Shown: one piece after another, positions 26,605 through 35,465 of the stretch | Position numbering within the stretch: position 1 is the first letter of the stretch | Layout of the letters: every line of letters starts with the position of its first letter | Sequence record: SRR22947725_4321 | Length of the DNA stretch: 41,541 nucleotides | Direction: 5' to 3' (one strand) | Made by a program: the position numbers and the translations under genes | Notes under the pieces: generated by a model | The model's input: the letters and a program-made list of their open reading frames with translations, nothing else | What the model was told of the DNA's origin: nothing | Databases searched by the model: none

Positions 26605-27822
26605 TCAGGCTTGGGTGCCGACCTTTAATTCATTGAACGGGACGCCCTTGTCGACGGCCGGCTCGCGCGGCAGACCGAGCACGCGGTCACCAATGATGTT
26701 GCGTTGGATCTCGTCGGTGCCACCGGCGATACCCGACGCAAAGGTGCGCAGCATCACACTTTGCAGATTCCCGCCGCGTGGGTTGTTGGGTTCCCAGGCA
26801 ATTGAGCCGACTCCGGCCATCTCCTGTGCGATGGCCCGGACCTTCCAGGCAATGACCGAGCCGTAGAGCTTGCCGAGCGAACCGCCTGGCCCCGGTGTAT
26901 TGCCCGCCTTCATTTCGGCGCGGGTCCGCATCGCGATGAGCGCCTTGGTGGTCTCCATCGAATACACCTGCATCAACTGATCGCGGACCACCGCATTGTC
27001 CACCGCGCCGGATGCAGTGGCGTGTCTGAGGAGCAGGTCGTACATCGGTGTGTTGATGCCGCCGCCCCCGCCCGCACCGATGGCAACTCGCTCGTACATC
27101 AGCATCGCGGTGGCGAGCTTCCAGCCCGTGTTCAACTCTCCGAGGAGGTGGTTCTTCGGAACACGGAGGTCGGTGAAGAACACTTCGTTGAAGTGAGACT
27201 CGCCATTGATCTGGTGGATCGGTCGCGTCTCGACGCCCGGTGCCTGCATTTCGACGATGAACATCGAGAGCCCGGCGTGCTTGACCTGATCGGGATCGTT
27301 GCGGGCGACGAGCAGGCCGTACTGGCTCCGGTGGGCGAGGGTGGTCCAGACCTTCTGGCCGTTGACGATCCACTCGTCACCGTCGACTTCGGCCTTGGTC
27401 TGCAGGCTCGCAACGTCGGACCCGGCACCGGGTTCGGAGAACATCTGGCACCACAGCTTCTCGCCGGAGATGATCTCGGGGAGGAAGGCGAGCTTCTGTT
27501 CGTGCGTGCCGTGGTCGCTCACCATTGGCAGACACATACCGTGGCTGATGACGAAGTCGGTCTCCATGACCGGGTAGTCCTCTTTGACCTGGCGCCAGAT
27601 TTTGTCGTGCGCGGGTGTGAGCCCGGCCCCGCCGTACTCGGTCGGGACAGCGATGCCAACGCCGACGCCTGCATCCGCGGCCGCACGGTGGAAGCTCTGC
27701 GATTCCTCGAAGGTGGGAGCAGCCTGTTGCGTCGGCCGAGATTCGAAGAAGTCGACGCACCGCTGTCGAAACGCGGTCGTTTCTGCGTCGGTCAATCCAG
27801 CGTCAGTCGCGGTGCTCGTCAT
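26605..27822 (-). CDS. acyl-CoA dehydrogenase (FadE family)
   Basis: WCQMFSEPGAGSDVASL, NGQKVWT, FNEVFF, LMYER, IAGGTDEIQRNII. Confidence 0.95.
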   Translation of the reverse strand: MTSTATDAGLTDAETTAFRQRCVDFFESRPTQQAAPTFEESQSFHRAAADAGVGVGIAVPTEYGGAGLTPAHDKIWRQVKEDYPVMETDFVISHGMCLPMVSDHGTHEQKLAFLPEIISGEKLWCQMFSEPGAGSDVASLQTKAEVDGDEWIVNGQKVWTTLAHRSQYGLLVARNDPDQVKHAGLSMFIVEMQAPGVETRPIHQINGESHFNEVFFTDLRVPKNHLLGELNTGWKLATAMLMYERVAIGAGGGGGINTPMYDLLLRHATASGAVDNAVVRDQLMQVYSMETTKALIAMRTRAEMKAGNTPGPGGSLGKLYGSVIAWKVRAIAQEMAGVGSIAWEPNNPRGGNLQSVMLRTFASGIAGGTDEIQRNIIGDRVLGLPREPAVDKGVPFNELKVGTQA

Positions 27823-27874
27823 CTTGTTACCGTACGAATTGTGGTCCGACTCAAACGAGTGGGAGCGCGAGGCG

Positions 27875-29077
27875 TCAGGCTTGCGTGCCGACCTTCAGCT
27901 CGTTGAAGGGGACGCCCTTGTCGACGCCGGGTTCACGTGGCAGGCCGAGGACGCGGTCACCGATGATGTTGCGCTGGATCTCGTCGGTGCCACCGGCGAT
28001 CGATGACTGGAACGAGTTGAGGAAGATTCGCTGACGCTCCGAACCGTTTTCGGCATCGGGCTCCCACGCCACGGTTTGCGGTCCGGCAATTTCGAGGGCG
28101 CACTCGCGCATGTACCAGGCGATGTTCGACCCGAAGAGCTTGCCAAGCGAGCCGCCGGGGCCGGGGGTCTTGCCCGCTTTCTGCTCGGCCTTGGTGCGCT
28201 GTGCAACGAGGGCCTTGGTGGTCTCCATCGAGTAGATCGTCATCAACTGTTGGCGGACGACCGGGTCGTTGACCTTGCCGTTCTCCTGCGCTGCCTTGAG
28301 GAGCAGTTTGTACGTCGGCTGGTTGATCTTGCCCGAGCCGGCGGTGCCGATGGCAACGCGCTCGTACATCAACATCGCCGTGGCCATCCGCCAGCCGTTG
28401 TTGTACTCACCGAGCAGGTGATCGGCGGGCACCCGCACGTCGGTCATGAAGACTTCGTTGAACTCGCTGCCGCCGTCGATCTGGTGGATCGGGCGAATCT
28501 CCATGCCCGGTGCCTTCATGTCGACGATGAACATCGAGATGCCGGCGTGCTTCGGCTGGTCGGGGTCGGTGCGACAGATCACCACGCCGTAGTCGGCGAT
28601 CTGTGCGGTGGTGGTCCACACCTTCTGGCCGTTGAGGATCCACTCGTCACCGTCTTTGACGGCCCGCGATTGGAGCGATGCGACGTCGGAGCCGGCGCCC
28701 GGCTCGGAGAACATCTGGCAGAACAGGGTCTTGCCCGAGATGGCGTCGGGCAGGTACCGCTTCTTGATCTCTTCGCTGCCGTACTCACTGACCATCGGCA
28801 CACACATGCCATGGCTGATGATGAATGCGCCGCTCATCATCGTGTAGTTGCCCTGCGCCTCGCGCCAGATCTTGTCGTGGGCTTGGCTGAGGCCGCCGCC
28901 TCCGTAGGCCGCGTCGTACGCGACGCCGGCGAGGCCGGCGCCGGCGGCTGCGGCGAGGAAAGCCTTCTGATCGTCGTAGCTCGGGACGCCCTGGCCCTGC
29001 TTGTAGGCATAGGTCTCGAGGAAGTCGTCGCACTTCTTGCGGAAGTCGGCTGCTTGTTGTTCGGTCAATTCGGCCAT
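27875..29077 (-). CDS. acyl-CoA dehydrogenase (FadE family), close paralog of the adjacent gene
   Basis: FCQMFSEPGAGSDVASL, NGQKVWT, LMYER, IAGGTDEIQRNII. ATG at 29077. Confidence 0.95.
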   Translation of the reverse strand: MAELTEQQAADFRKKCDDFLETYAYKQGQGVPSYDDQKAFLAAAAGAGLAGVAYDAAYGGGGLSQAHDKIWREAQGNYTMMSGAFIISHGMCVPMVSEYGSEEIKKRYLPDAISGKTLFCQMFSEPGAGSDVASLQSRAVKDGDEWILNGQKVWTTTAQIADYGVVICRTDPDQPKHAGISMFIVDMKAPGMEIRPIHQIDGGSEFNEVFMTDVRVPADHLLGEYNNGWRMATAMLMYERVAIGTAGSGKINQPTYKLLLKAAQENGKVNDPVVRQQLMTIYSMETTKALVAQRTKAEQKAGKTPGPGGSLGKLFGSNIAWYMRECALEIAGPQTVAWEPDAENGSERQRIFLNSFQSSIAGGTDEIQRNIIGDRVLGLPREPGVDKGVPFNELKVGTQA

Positions 29078-29121
29078 GGCGCACGCTCTTTCGGCGATCG
29101 AGGGATTCGTTTGCGTCTGAT

Positions 29122-29137
29122 TGTATGACGTCGTACA
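29122..29137. promoter_or_regulatory. near-perfect 16-bp palindrome, candidate operator in the divergent fadE/marR promoter
   Basis: TGTATGACGTCGTACA, one mismatched pair. Confidence 0.55.
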
Positions 29138-29155
29138 GTATGTGTCCAGACGGAA

Positions 29156-29199
29156 GACGACTTGGTGCCAGACGACTTGGTGCCAGGCACCAAGTCGTC
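29156..29199. repeat. GGTGCCAGGCACC-core palindrome plus a duplicated left arm
   Basis: GACGACTTGGTGCCA (29156-29170) directly followed by GACGACTTGGTGCC-A-GGCACCAAGTCGTC (29171-29199, perfect 14-bp arms). Confidence 0.9.
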
Positions 29200-29215
29200 C
29201 TGTCACGCAGATTCA

Positions 29216-29680
29216 ATGAGCAGCCTGACCAACAACGAACTCGACGCACCTCCCTGGTTGCGGGTCGAGTCGACGCTGATGTCCACCGCGCGCCTGATTC
29301 GCGAAGCCTTCGACGCTCGGCTCAAGCCGCTCGACCTGAACCTCACCCAGGCCAGCCTGCTCGCCTACGTCGCGGAGTTCGGAGCCACCACGCAGACCCG
29401 CCTCGCCGACCAGTTGGGCACGGGACGCGCTGCGATGGGCACCGTGGTCGACGGTCTCGAACGACGCGGTCTCATCGAGCGCCACCCCGATCCGGACGAT
29501 CGACGCGTCTGGCGCGTCGACGTCACCGACTCCGGCCGGGCGCTCGCAGCAGACATTGCCAGCGTCGACGAAGTACTCCGCGGCGAACTCCGCCACGGCA
29601 TTGGCCGCGAAGAACGCCAAGCCCTCAGCTGGGTCCTCACCCGGCTCCAAGTCAATCTCCAATCCGCAATCAACACATGA
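29216..29680 (+). CDS. MarR-family transcriptional regulator
   Basis: LDLNLTQASLL, TQTRLADQL, VDGLERRGLIERHPDPDDRR.WRV.VT.SG. Confidence 0.93.
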   Translation: MSSLTNNELDAPPWLRVESTLMSTARLIREAFDARLKPLDLNLTQASLLAYVAEFGATTQTRLADQLGTGRAAMGTVVDGLERRGLIERHPDPDDRRVWRVDVTDSGRALAADIASVDEVLRGELRHGIGREERQALSWVLTRLQVNLQSAINT

Positions 29681-29713
29681 GGACCACTTGGTGCCAGGCA
29701 CCAAGTGGTCCTC
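29679..29713. repeat. second GGTGCCAGGCACC-core palindrome
   Basis: GAGGACCACTTGGTGCC-A-GGCACCAAGTGGTCCTC, perfect 17-bp arms. Shares the ACTTGGTGCCAGGCACCAAGT core with 29171-29199. Confidence 0.9.
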
Positions 29714-29735
29714 GACACAGAAAGAAGAAGACCAC

Positions 29736-30902
29736 ATGACTGAAGCAGTGATCGTCGATGCCATCCGCACCCCGGGTGGCAAGCGCAACGGCCAGCTGAA
29801 GGATCAGCACCCCGTCGACCTCGCAGCACACGTGCTGAAGGCCCTCGAAGAGCGCAACGGCCTCGACCCGGCCATGGTCGACGACGTCATCATGGGCTGC
29901 GTCATGCAGGTCGGTGAGCAGTCGCTCAACATCGGCCGCAACGCCGTACTCTCAGCCGGTTGGCCCGAAGAAGTTCCGTCGACCACCGTCGACCGTCAGT
30001 GCGGCTCGTCGCAGCAGTCGATGCACTTCGCAGCGCAGGGCGTCATCGCCGGTGCCTACGACGTCGTCGTCGCCGCCGGGGTCGAGGTGATGACCCGCAC
30101 ACCGATGGGCGCGTCGATCGTCCAGGGCATGGGCTTCCCGTTCAGCCAGGACCAGCAAGACCGCTACGCCGACACTGGTCTCCCGCCGCAGGGCATCGGC
30201 GCCGACATGATTGCCGACGAATACGGCATCACTCGTGAAGATCTTGATGCCTTTGGTGCCCAGAGCCAGCAGCGTGCTGCTGTTGCTCGTGACGAAGGCC
30301 GTTTCGAGAACGAAATCGTGTCGGTCGACGTTGACGTCGATGGCACCATCGTCACGGTGAAGAACGACGAAGGCATCCGCGACGGCTCGACCGCCGAAGG
30401 CCTCGCCAAACTCAAGCCGGCATTCAAAGAAGATGGCAAGATCACCGCCGGCAACTCGTCGCAGATCTCCGACGGCGCCTCTGCCGTGCTCATCATGAGC
30501 GCCGAGAAGGCCGCCGAACTCGGCATGAAGCCCCGTGCCAAGTTCCACAGCTTCGCCCTCGCGGGAACCGACCCGGTCACCATGCTCAAGGGCCCGATCC
30601 CGGCGACCAAGAAGATCCTCGAGAAGACCGGCCTCAGCATCGATGACATCGATCTCTTCGAAGTCAACGAGGCCTTTGCCTCAGTGGTCCTCGCCTGGCA
30701 GAAGGAGACCGGCGCCGACATGAGCAAGGTCAACGTCAACGGCGGCGCTATCGCTCTCGGTCACCCGCTCGGTGCCTCCGGCACCAAGCTGATGGCAACA
30801 CTGCTCAACGAGCTTGAGCGCACCGGCGGCAAGTACGGCCTCCAAGTGATGTGCGAAGGCGGCGGCATGGCCAACGCCACCATCATCGAACGCCTCGACT
30901 GA
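29736..30902 (+). CDS. acetyl-CoA C-acyltransferase (thiolase, FadA family)
   Basis: VIVDAIRTP, DRQCGSSQQ, AGNSSQISDGA, EVNEAFA, GGAIALGHPLGASG, MCEGGG. Confidence 0.96.
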   Translation: MTEAVIVDAIRTPGGKRNGQLKDQHPVDLAAHVLKALEERNGLDPAMVDDVIMGCVMQVGEQSLNIGRNAVLSAGWPEEVPSTTVDRQCGSSQQSMHFAAQGVIAGAYDVVVAAGVEVMTRTPMGASIVQGMGFPFSQDQQDRYADTGLPPQGIGADMIADEYGITREDLDAFGAQSQQRAAVARDEGRFENEIVSVDVDVDGTIVTVKNDEGIRDGSTAEGLAKLKPAFKEDGKITAGNSSQISDGASAVLIMSAEKAAELGMKPRAKFHSFALAGTDPVTMLKGPIPATKKILEKTGLSIDDIDLFEVNEAFASVVLAWQKETGADMSKVNVNGGAIALGHPLGASGTKLMATLLNELERTGGKYGLQVMCEGGGMANATIIERLD

Positions 30903-30915
30903 GATCAGATTCTGA

Positions 30916-30956
30916 AGAGCCTGGCCTTTCCGTGTTTCGCGGAAGGGCCAGGCTCT
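30916..30956. terminator. long hairpin between convergent genes, likely bidirectional terminator
   Basis: AGAGCCTGGCCTTTCCG-tgtttcg-CGGAAGGGCCAGGCTCT, 17-bp stem. Confidence 0.8.
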
Positions 30957-30974
30957 CTGCGTTTTCGACCTCGG

Positions 30975-32309
30975 CTACGAGTTGATCGCGAGTTCCTCCA
31001 ACACGTCTCCGTAGCGCTTCATTGCGTCGGCCCGTCGGGTGGGGACGTGGTCGATGCTTGGATCTGCCGGCCGGTAGCGCTTGAGCACCTGGCGGGCGAC
31101 CGTGACCTTGTGGACCTCGTCGGGGCCGTCGTAGATGCGCGCCGCACGGGCGGCTCGGTACATGGCTTCGAGCGGGAGGTCGGTCGTGTAGCCGAGCGAG
31201 CCGTGAATCTGGATCGCCCGATCAATCACGTCATGGAGCACCTTGGCACCCCAGAACTTGATGACGGCGATCTCGAGACGCGCATCGCTGTAGGTGCCGC
31301 CGGCTTCGTGCAGCTTGTCCATCTTCCACGCCGCCTGCAGCGTGAGCAGTCGCGCCGCCTCGCGGTCTGCGTATGACTGGGCGATCCAGTCCTGAACCAT
31401 CTGCTTGTCCGCGAGAATCGAGCCCTTTGTGTAGCGGGTGAGCGCCCGCTCGCAGAGCAGGTCGAAGGCACGTTGCGACTGGCCGAGCCAGCGCATTGCG
31501 TGATGGATGCGGCCGGGACCAAGCCGCTTCTGGGCCAACGCGAAACCCTGTCCGATGCCAGCCTCGCCGCCAACGACGTTGCCGAACGGGACACGCACGT
31601 CCTCGTACAGGATCTCGGCGTGGCCACCAGGCTCACCAGTCCGGTGGTCGGGCTCACCCATCGTCGGGACGTCGCGCACGATATTGACGCCCGGCGTGTC
31701 GGTTGGGACGACGATCATCGAGAAGGCTTGATACGGCGACGCGTCTTCGTCGAGGTTGGTCTTGACCATCACGATCAAGATGTCGGCGACCGAGGCGTTC
31801 GATGAGAACCATTTGTGGCCGTTGATCACCCACTCGTCACCGTCGCGCATCGCCTGCGTGGTGAGCAGTGTTGGGTCGGCACCAGCCCCCGGCTCGGTCA
31901 TCGAGAAACAGGACCTGATCTCCTGGTCGAGGAGCGGTTGCATCCACTTCGTTTTCTGCTCCTCGGTGCCACCGAGCGACAGCAGTTCGGCGTTGCCCGA
32001 GTCCGGAGCATTGTTGCCAAAGATGCGAGGAGCGAGCACTGACTGGCCCAGGATCTCGTGCATCAGGCCGAGCTTGACCTGGCCGAATCCACCGCCGCCG
32101 AGTTCGGGTGGGAGGTGTGCGGCCCACAGGCCTTGGTCTTTCACCTGTTGCTTGAGCGGCTCGGTGACCTTGGCGAACGCGACGCGACCTTCAGGGCTGC
32201 GGAACTCCGGCGCAAGGGTTTCGAGGGGGAAGATCTCCTCCTTCACGAACTCGCGCATCCACGCGAGCTTTGCTTCGAATTCTGGTTCGGTCTCGAAATC
32301 CCAGGCCAT
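30975..32309 (-). CDS. acyl-CoA dehydrogenase (ACAD10/11-like FadE)
   Basis: GNNAPDSGNAE, FSMTEP..GADP, INGHKWFSSNA, AQKRLGPGRIHHAMR, IYDGPDEVHK. Confidence 0.95.
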   Translation of the reverse strand: MAWDFETEPEFEAKLAWMREFVKEEIFPLETLAPEFRSPEGRVAFAKVTEPLKQQVKDQGLWAAHLPPELGGGGFGQVKLGLMHEILGQSVLAPRIFGNNAPDSGNAELLSLGGTEEQKTKWMQPLLDQEIRSCFSMTEPGAGADPTLLTTQAMRDGDEWVINGHKWFSSNASVADILIVMVKTNLDEDASPYQAFSMIVVPTDTPGVNIVRDVPTMGEPDHRTGEPGGHAEILYEDVRVPFGNVVGGEAGIGQGFALAQKRLGPGRIHHAMRWLGQSQRAFDLLCERALTRYTKGSILADKQMVQDWIAQSYADREAARLLTLQAAWKMDKLHEAGGTYSDARLEIAVIKFWGAKVLHDVIDRAIQIHGSLGYTTDLPLEAMYRAARAARIYDGPDEVHKVTVARQVLKRYRPADPSIDHVPTRRADAMKRYGDVLEELAINS

Positions 32310-32401
32310 GGTCGGCTCCTACTCTCTGTTCGGTCGACGCGAACCTAGGCAGAAGGCGTCGCGTCAATCCGACTGGAGCGTGGGCTCGGGGCTGAGCCGC
32401 C

Positions 32402-32758
32402 TCAGAGCGGCTGGTTGAGTTCGATCAGGTTGCCGGTCGGGTCCTTGAAGAAACTCTGCACGCAAATGCCTGGCAGTGCCTTGGACTCGCTGACCGTCAC
32501 GCCATGTGCCTCGAGGTGTGCCCGGGCCGCATTGAGGTCGGCGACGCGCAACGCGAAGTGCTGACCTTGGGGCGGAACGAAGTCGGAAACTTCAAGGAGA
32601 TGAATCTGCTGATCGCCGGACTGCAACCACGCGCCGTCGAAGGAGAAGTCAGGCCGGTCATCGCGCTGCGTCATCCCCAGCACGTCGACATAGAACCGCG
32701 TGACGACGGCAGCATCGGTCACGTTGAGCGAAACATGGTGGACTCCGGCGTCGAACAT
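32402..32758 (-). CDS. VOC (glyoxalase/bleomycin-resistance) family protein
   Basis: HHVSLNV, FYVDVLG, RPDFSFDGAWL, HFALRV, FFKDPTGNLIEL. Confidence 0.9.
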   Translation of the reverse strand: MFDAGVHHVSLNVTDAAVVTRFYVDVLGMTQRDDRPDFSFDGAWLQSGDQQIHLLEVSDFVPPQGQHFALRVADLNAARAHLEAHGVTVSESKALPGICVQSFFKDPTGNLIELNQPL

Positions 32759-32799
32759 GGCCAGACGTTACGTCAGCCATCCGGGTCCGTCGATCCGGT

Positions 32800-32880
32800 G
32801 ATGGATGGAGGGAGGGAGGGATGGAGGGATGGAGGGATCGAGAGGAATCGAGAGGGAGTGGAGACGAGGGAGGCGAGGGT
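32800..32880 (+). repeat. GA-rich low-complexity tract with G-quadruplex-type motif
   Basis: GGGaGGGaGGGatggaGGGatggaGGG at 32810-32836, then degenerate ATCGAGAGG units. Confidence 0.8.
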
Positions 32881-32899
32881 CGTTGTCTACGATCGAGAG

Positions 32900-33346
32900 A
32901 TGGCGACCAGTCCAGCAACGAGCGTCGATGGGTATCTCGCCGAGCTGCCACCGGAGCGTGCCGCCGTCGTTGCTGAGGTGCGTCAGCTGGTCCTCGATGC
33001 GCTGCCCGACGGCGTTGAGGAGTCGATGAACTTTGGGCTGATTGCCTACGAGATCCCGCTTGAGCGCTACCCCGAGACTTACAACGGGCAGCCGCTGATG
33101 TTCGCAGCGCTGGCCGCGCAGAAGCACCACTACTCCCTGTACCTGCACGGCATGTATGTGTCCGGATCGGTCGAGCAGGAGCTGCGGACCGCGTACGCCG
33201 AGGCGGACACGAAGCTCGACATGGGCAAGAGCTGCTTGCGCTTCAAGCGGCTCGACCAGCTGGTGCCCGAGGCGATTGCAACCGCGATCGGCGCAGTGAG
33301 CGTTGACGACTACATCGAGTTGTACGAAGCCCGACGACAGCGCTGA
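32900..33346 (+). CDS. DUF1801 (YdhG-like) domain protein
   Basis: SVDGYLAELP, ESMNFGLIAY.IPL.RYP.TYNGQPL, LAAQKHHYSLYL, LDMGKSCLRFK. Confidence 0.88.
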   Translation: MATSPATSVDGYLAELPPERAAVVAEVRQLVLDALPDGVEESMNFGLIAYEIPLERYPETYNGQPLMFAALAAQKHHYSLYLHGMYVSGSVEQELRTAYAEADTKLDMGKSCLRFKRLDQLVPEAIATAIGAVSVDDYIELYEARRQR

Positions 33347-33368
33347 CCTCTGCGAAGTGGTGCGATCT

Positions 33369-34007
33369 TCAGGCGGTGGCGGGGCGGTTGCCGAAGTCGA
33401 GGCCGCCGGAACGGGTGCGCTTGAGTTCGAAGAAGCTGTCGACTTCCATCATCGCGACGAGGCCGTCCTACATGGCGAGGCCCTGGTCCTTTGGCGGAAC
33501 CTTGCTGATGACTGGGCCGAAGTAGCCCGCTCGCTCGCCGTCGGGTCGGTCGATCGCGATGATTGGCGTGCCCACGTCGTTGCCGACCAGGGCCAGGCCG
33601 GCGTTCATCCCGGTCCTGATGGCATCGTCCCAGCTCGCGTCGTCGAATGCCGATGCATGAGACGTGTCGAGTCCTACCGACTCGAGGAGTTGAGTCGCGG
33701 TGAAATCGCGATTGCGGTCGTGGTGAATCCGGCTGCCCGCCTCCCAGTAGAGCTTGAAGACGTCGGCGTTGCCAGCCTCGGGTGTGTCCGCGGCGGCACG
33801 TACCGACTCCATCACGCGCATCAGGTCGTGGGTGAACTTGGCCGGGCCGTAGTAGTCGGATCCTTCCGGTGGATCGTTTTTGAACAGCAGGCTGATCGGA
33901 CGCCAGTTGACATCGAGATCACGTTCGGGCGATACATCGTCGACGACCCAACGGGCCGTCAGCCAACAGAACGGTCAAATGGGGTCGATCCAGAAGTCGA
34001 GTTGCAC
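33369..34007 (-). CDS. Rv2466c/mycoredoxin-2-like DsbA-family oxidoreductase, predicted selenoprotein (UPFC, U11), with a premature TAG at codon 180
   Basis: One frame from GTG 34007: VQLDFWIDPI-TGA(33977-33975)-PFCWLTARW...VNWRPISL...LVGNDVGTPII...YFGPVIS..P...GLAM-TAG(33470-33468)-DGLVAMMEVDSFFELKRTR...ATA-TGA. Rv2466c-family motifs lie on both sides of each stop. Confidence 0.8.
33939..33974 (-). promoter_or_regulatory. candidate SECIS of the Rv2466c-like gene
   Basis: On the minus strand after the UGA: CTGACG-GCC-CGTTGG, loop G at +19, with a possible lower GTTGG/TCGAC stem. Confidence 0.5.
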
Positions 34008-34144
34008 GGGGCCAGCATGCCGTCGACCCCTTGCTCGCGCAACGAGCGATACCGAATCCGACCGAGAGAGTGAGAGGGAGAACAAATCAGCCGGCCGTGG
34101 AGCGACGGCAAGTGGGCCCCGAACTGTGCGTCCGAGCGTCCGGG

Positions 34145-34726
34145 TCAGGCCGTGTGCTTTCGTGGGGTCTTCTTGCGCTTGCGATGGTCGGCGGTGTGGG
34201 TCCGGCTGGCACACCGCAGGTCGGAGCAAAACCGCCGAGAGCCGTTACGTGACGAATCGTAGAAGAGTCGTTCGCAGTCGTCCGCGGCGCAACGACCAAA
34301 GCGTGCGGTGCCGTTGTCGCAGAGTTCGTTTGTCAGAGCCATCAGAAAATCGGCGAGCACCTGATCATCAAACGTCGCCGAGGCGGGCGTCCAATGGATG
34401 TGCAATGCCGCTTCGCCGTGGTCGGTCAGTGACGGTGAGATCTCCAATTCGGTCAGTTCCGCGTTGATCCACAGCGTGGCGGTGCCGACATCAACGTCTG
34501 GCAGCGACTGGACGCGAGGGAGCAGGTCAGTGAATCGTTCGGCGGCGCGTCGAATGGCTGCCTCGGGAGCGATGACCGCACGAGGAAACCCTGCGTCGTC
34601 GAGCACCTGCCGCATGTCGACCGCGTCGCCATTACCTGTGGCGGCGTCAGTGAACGCGTTGGCAGCCCGCACCATCGCCTCGAGGGTCAGGAGCTGTTCG
34701 GTGTCGTTGCCCGATGTCACGTACAC
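34145..34726 (-). CDS. CGNR zinc-finger (ABATE) domain protein
   Basis: PSLTDH...LHIHW, RFGRCAADDCERLFYDSSRNGSRRFCS..CASR. Confidence 0.88.
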   Translation of the reverse strand: MYVTSGNDTEQLLTLEAMVRAANAFTDAATGNGDAVDMRQVLDDAGFPRAVIAPEAAIRRAAERFTDLLPRVQSLPDVDVGTATLWINAELTELEISPSLTDHGEAALHIHWTPASATFDDQVLADFLMALTNELCDNGTARFGRCAADDCERLFYDSSRNGSRRFCSDLRCASRTHTADHRKRKKTPRKHTA

Positions 34727-34813
34727 GGTGACAAAGTTACTTGGTTTCCCAAGCGTAAGGACTATAGAGTCCTTTGCTCCTTACAGTCGACAATCCGCAC
34801 CGGGAGGTGTTCC

Positions 34814-35452
34814 ATGAATCTCATCCTCACTCTGACCGTCGTCGCTGCCAGCGTCTTGGGCTCAGGCATGGCCCTCCCACAGGCGATGCGTCTGGCCCGT
34901 ACCGGCCAGGTCGACGGCGTCTCGGCCGTGTGGATCGGCGTCAGCATGGCGATCAACGCGTGGTGGACCGCCTATGCGGTGGCCACCGAGCTTTGGGCGA
35001 TCCTGCCCGTATCCACGGTTTCACTGGCGCTCTATTTCGCCATGGCGACGGTCTATCTTCGTTCTGTCGGGCGCTCAGCGCTGGGCGGCATGGCGGTCGG
35101 GCTGCTCGGCCTTGGTATGGCGCCGCTTCCCGCGTTCCTGATTGGCGGGTGGGACATGGCCGGGTTGGCCATCGGGTTGTCGTATGGCATCCAGCTTGCA
35201 CCGGCGGTGTTCGCCGCCTACCGAACGCGGCAACTACACGGGGTGGCACCGACGACCTGGATGCTGTCGTTCGTCGAAGGGCTGCTCTGGCTGGCGTATG
35301 GCGCGATGATTACCGACATAGCGTTGCTCGCCGGTGGAGCAACCGGCATCGCGATGTCAGGGGCCATCCTGTTGCGCCTGGCCGCGGTGGGTTCAGTGTC
35401 GGACCTCATTAGGGTGGACGGAGTAACACGGGTCAAGGTGGCCCGGAATTGA
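34814..35452 (+). CDS. PQ-loop/SemiSWEET-like membrane protein
   Basis: ALPQAMRL.RT..VDGVS and a second repeat QLAP...YRTRQLHGVAP..W; about seven hydrophobic segments. GGGAGG RBS. Confidence 0.75.
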   Translation: MNLILTLTVVAASVLGSGMALPQAMRLARTGQVDGVSAVWIGVSMAINAWWTAYAVATELWAILPVSTVSLALYFAMATVYLRSVGRSALGGMAVGLLGLGMAPLPAFLIGGWDMAGLAIGLSYGIQLAPAVFAAYRTRQLHGVAPTTWMLSFVEGLLWLAYGAMITDIALLAGGATGIAMSGAILLRLAAVGSVSDLIRVDGVTRVKVARN

Positions 35453-35465
35453 ATAAGGAGCCGCA

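Noticed and set aside
29156-29713. CRISPR array or IS terminal inverted repeats
   Set aside because: Only two and a half units, no regular spacers, no cas or transposase gene, and the enclosed gene is a MarR.
34020-34140. GCTCG-cgcaa-CGAGC hairpin and GA-rich stretch as an ncRNA or riboswitch upstream of the Rv2466c-like gene
   Set aside because: No recognisable conserved motif, and the gene appears leaderless, which would put this region outside its transcript.
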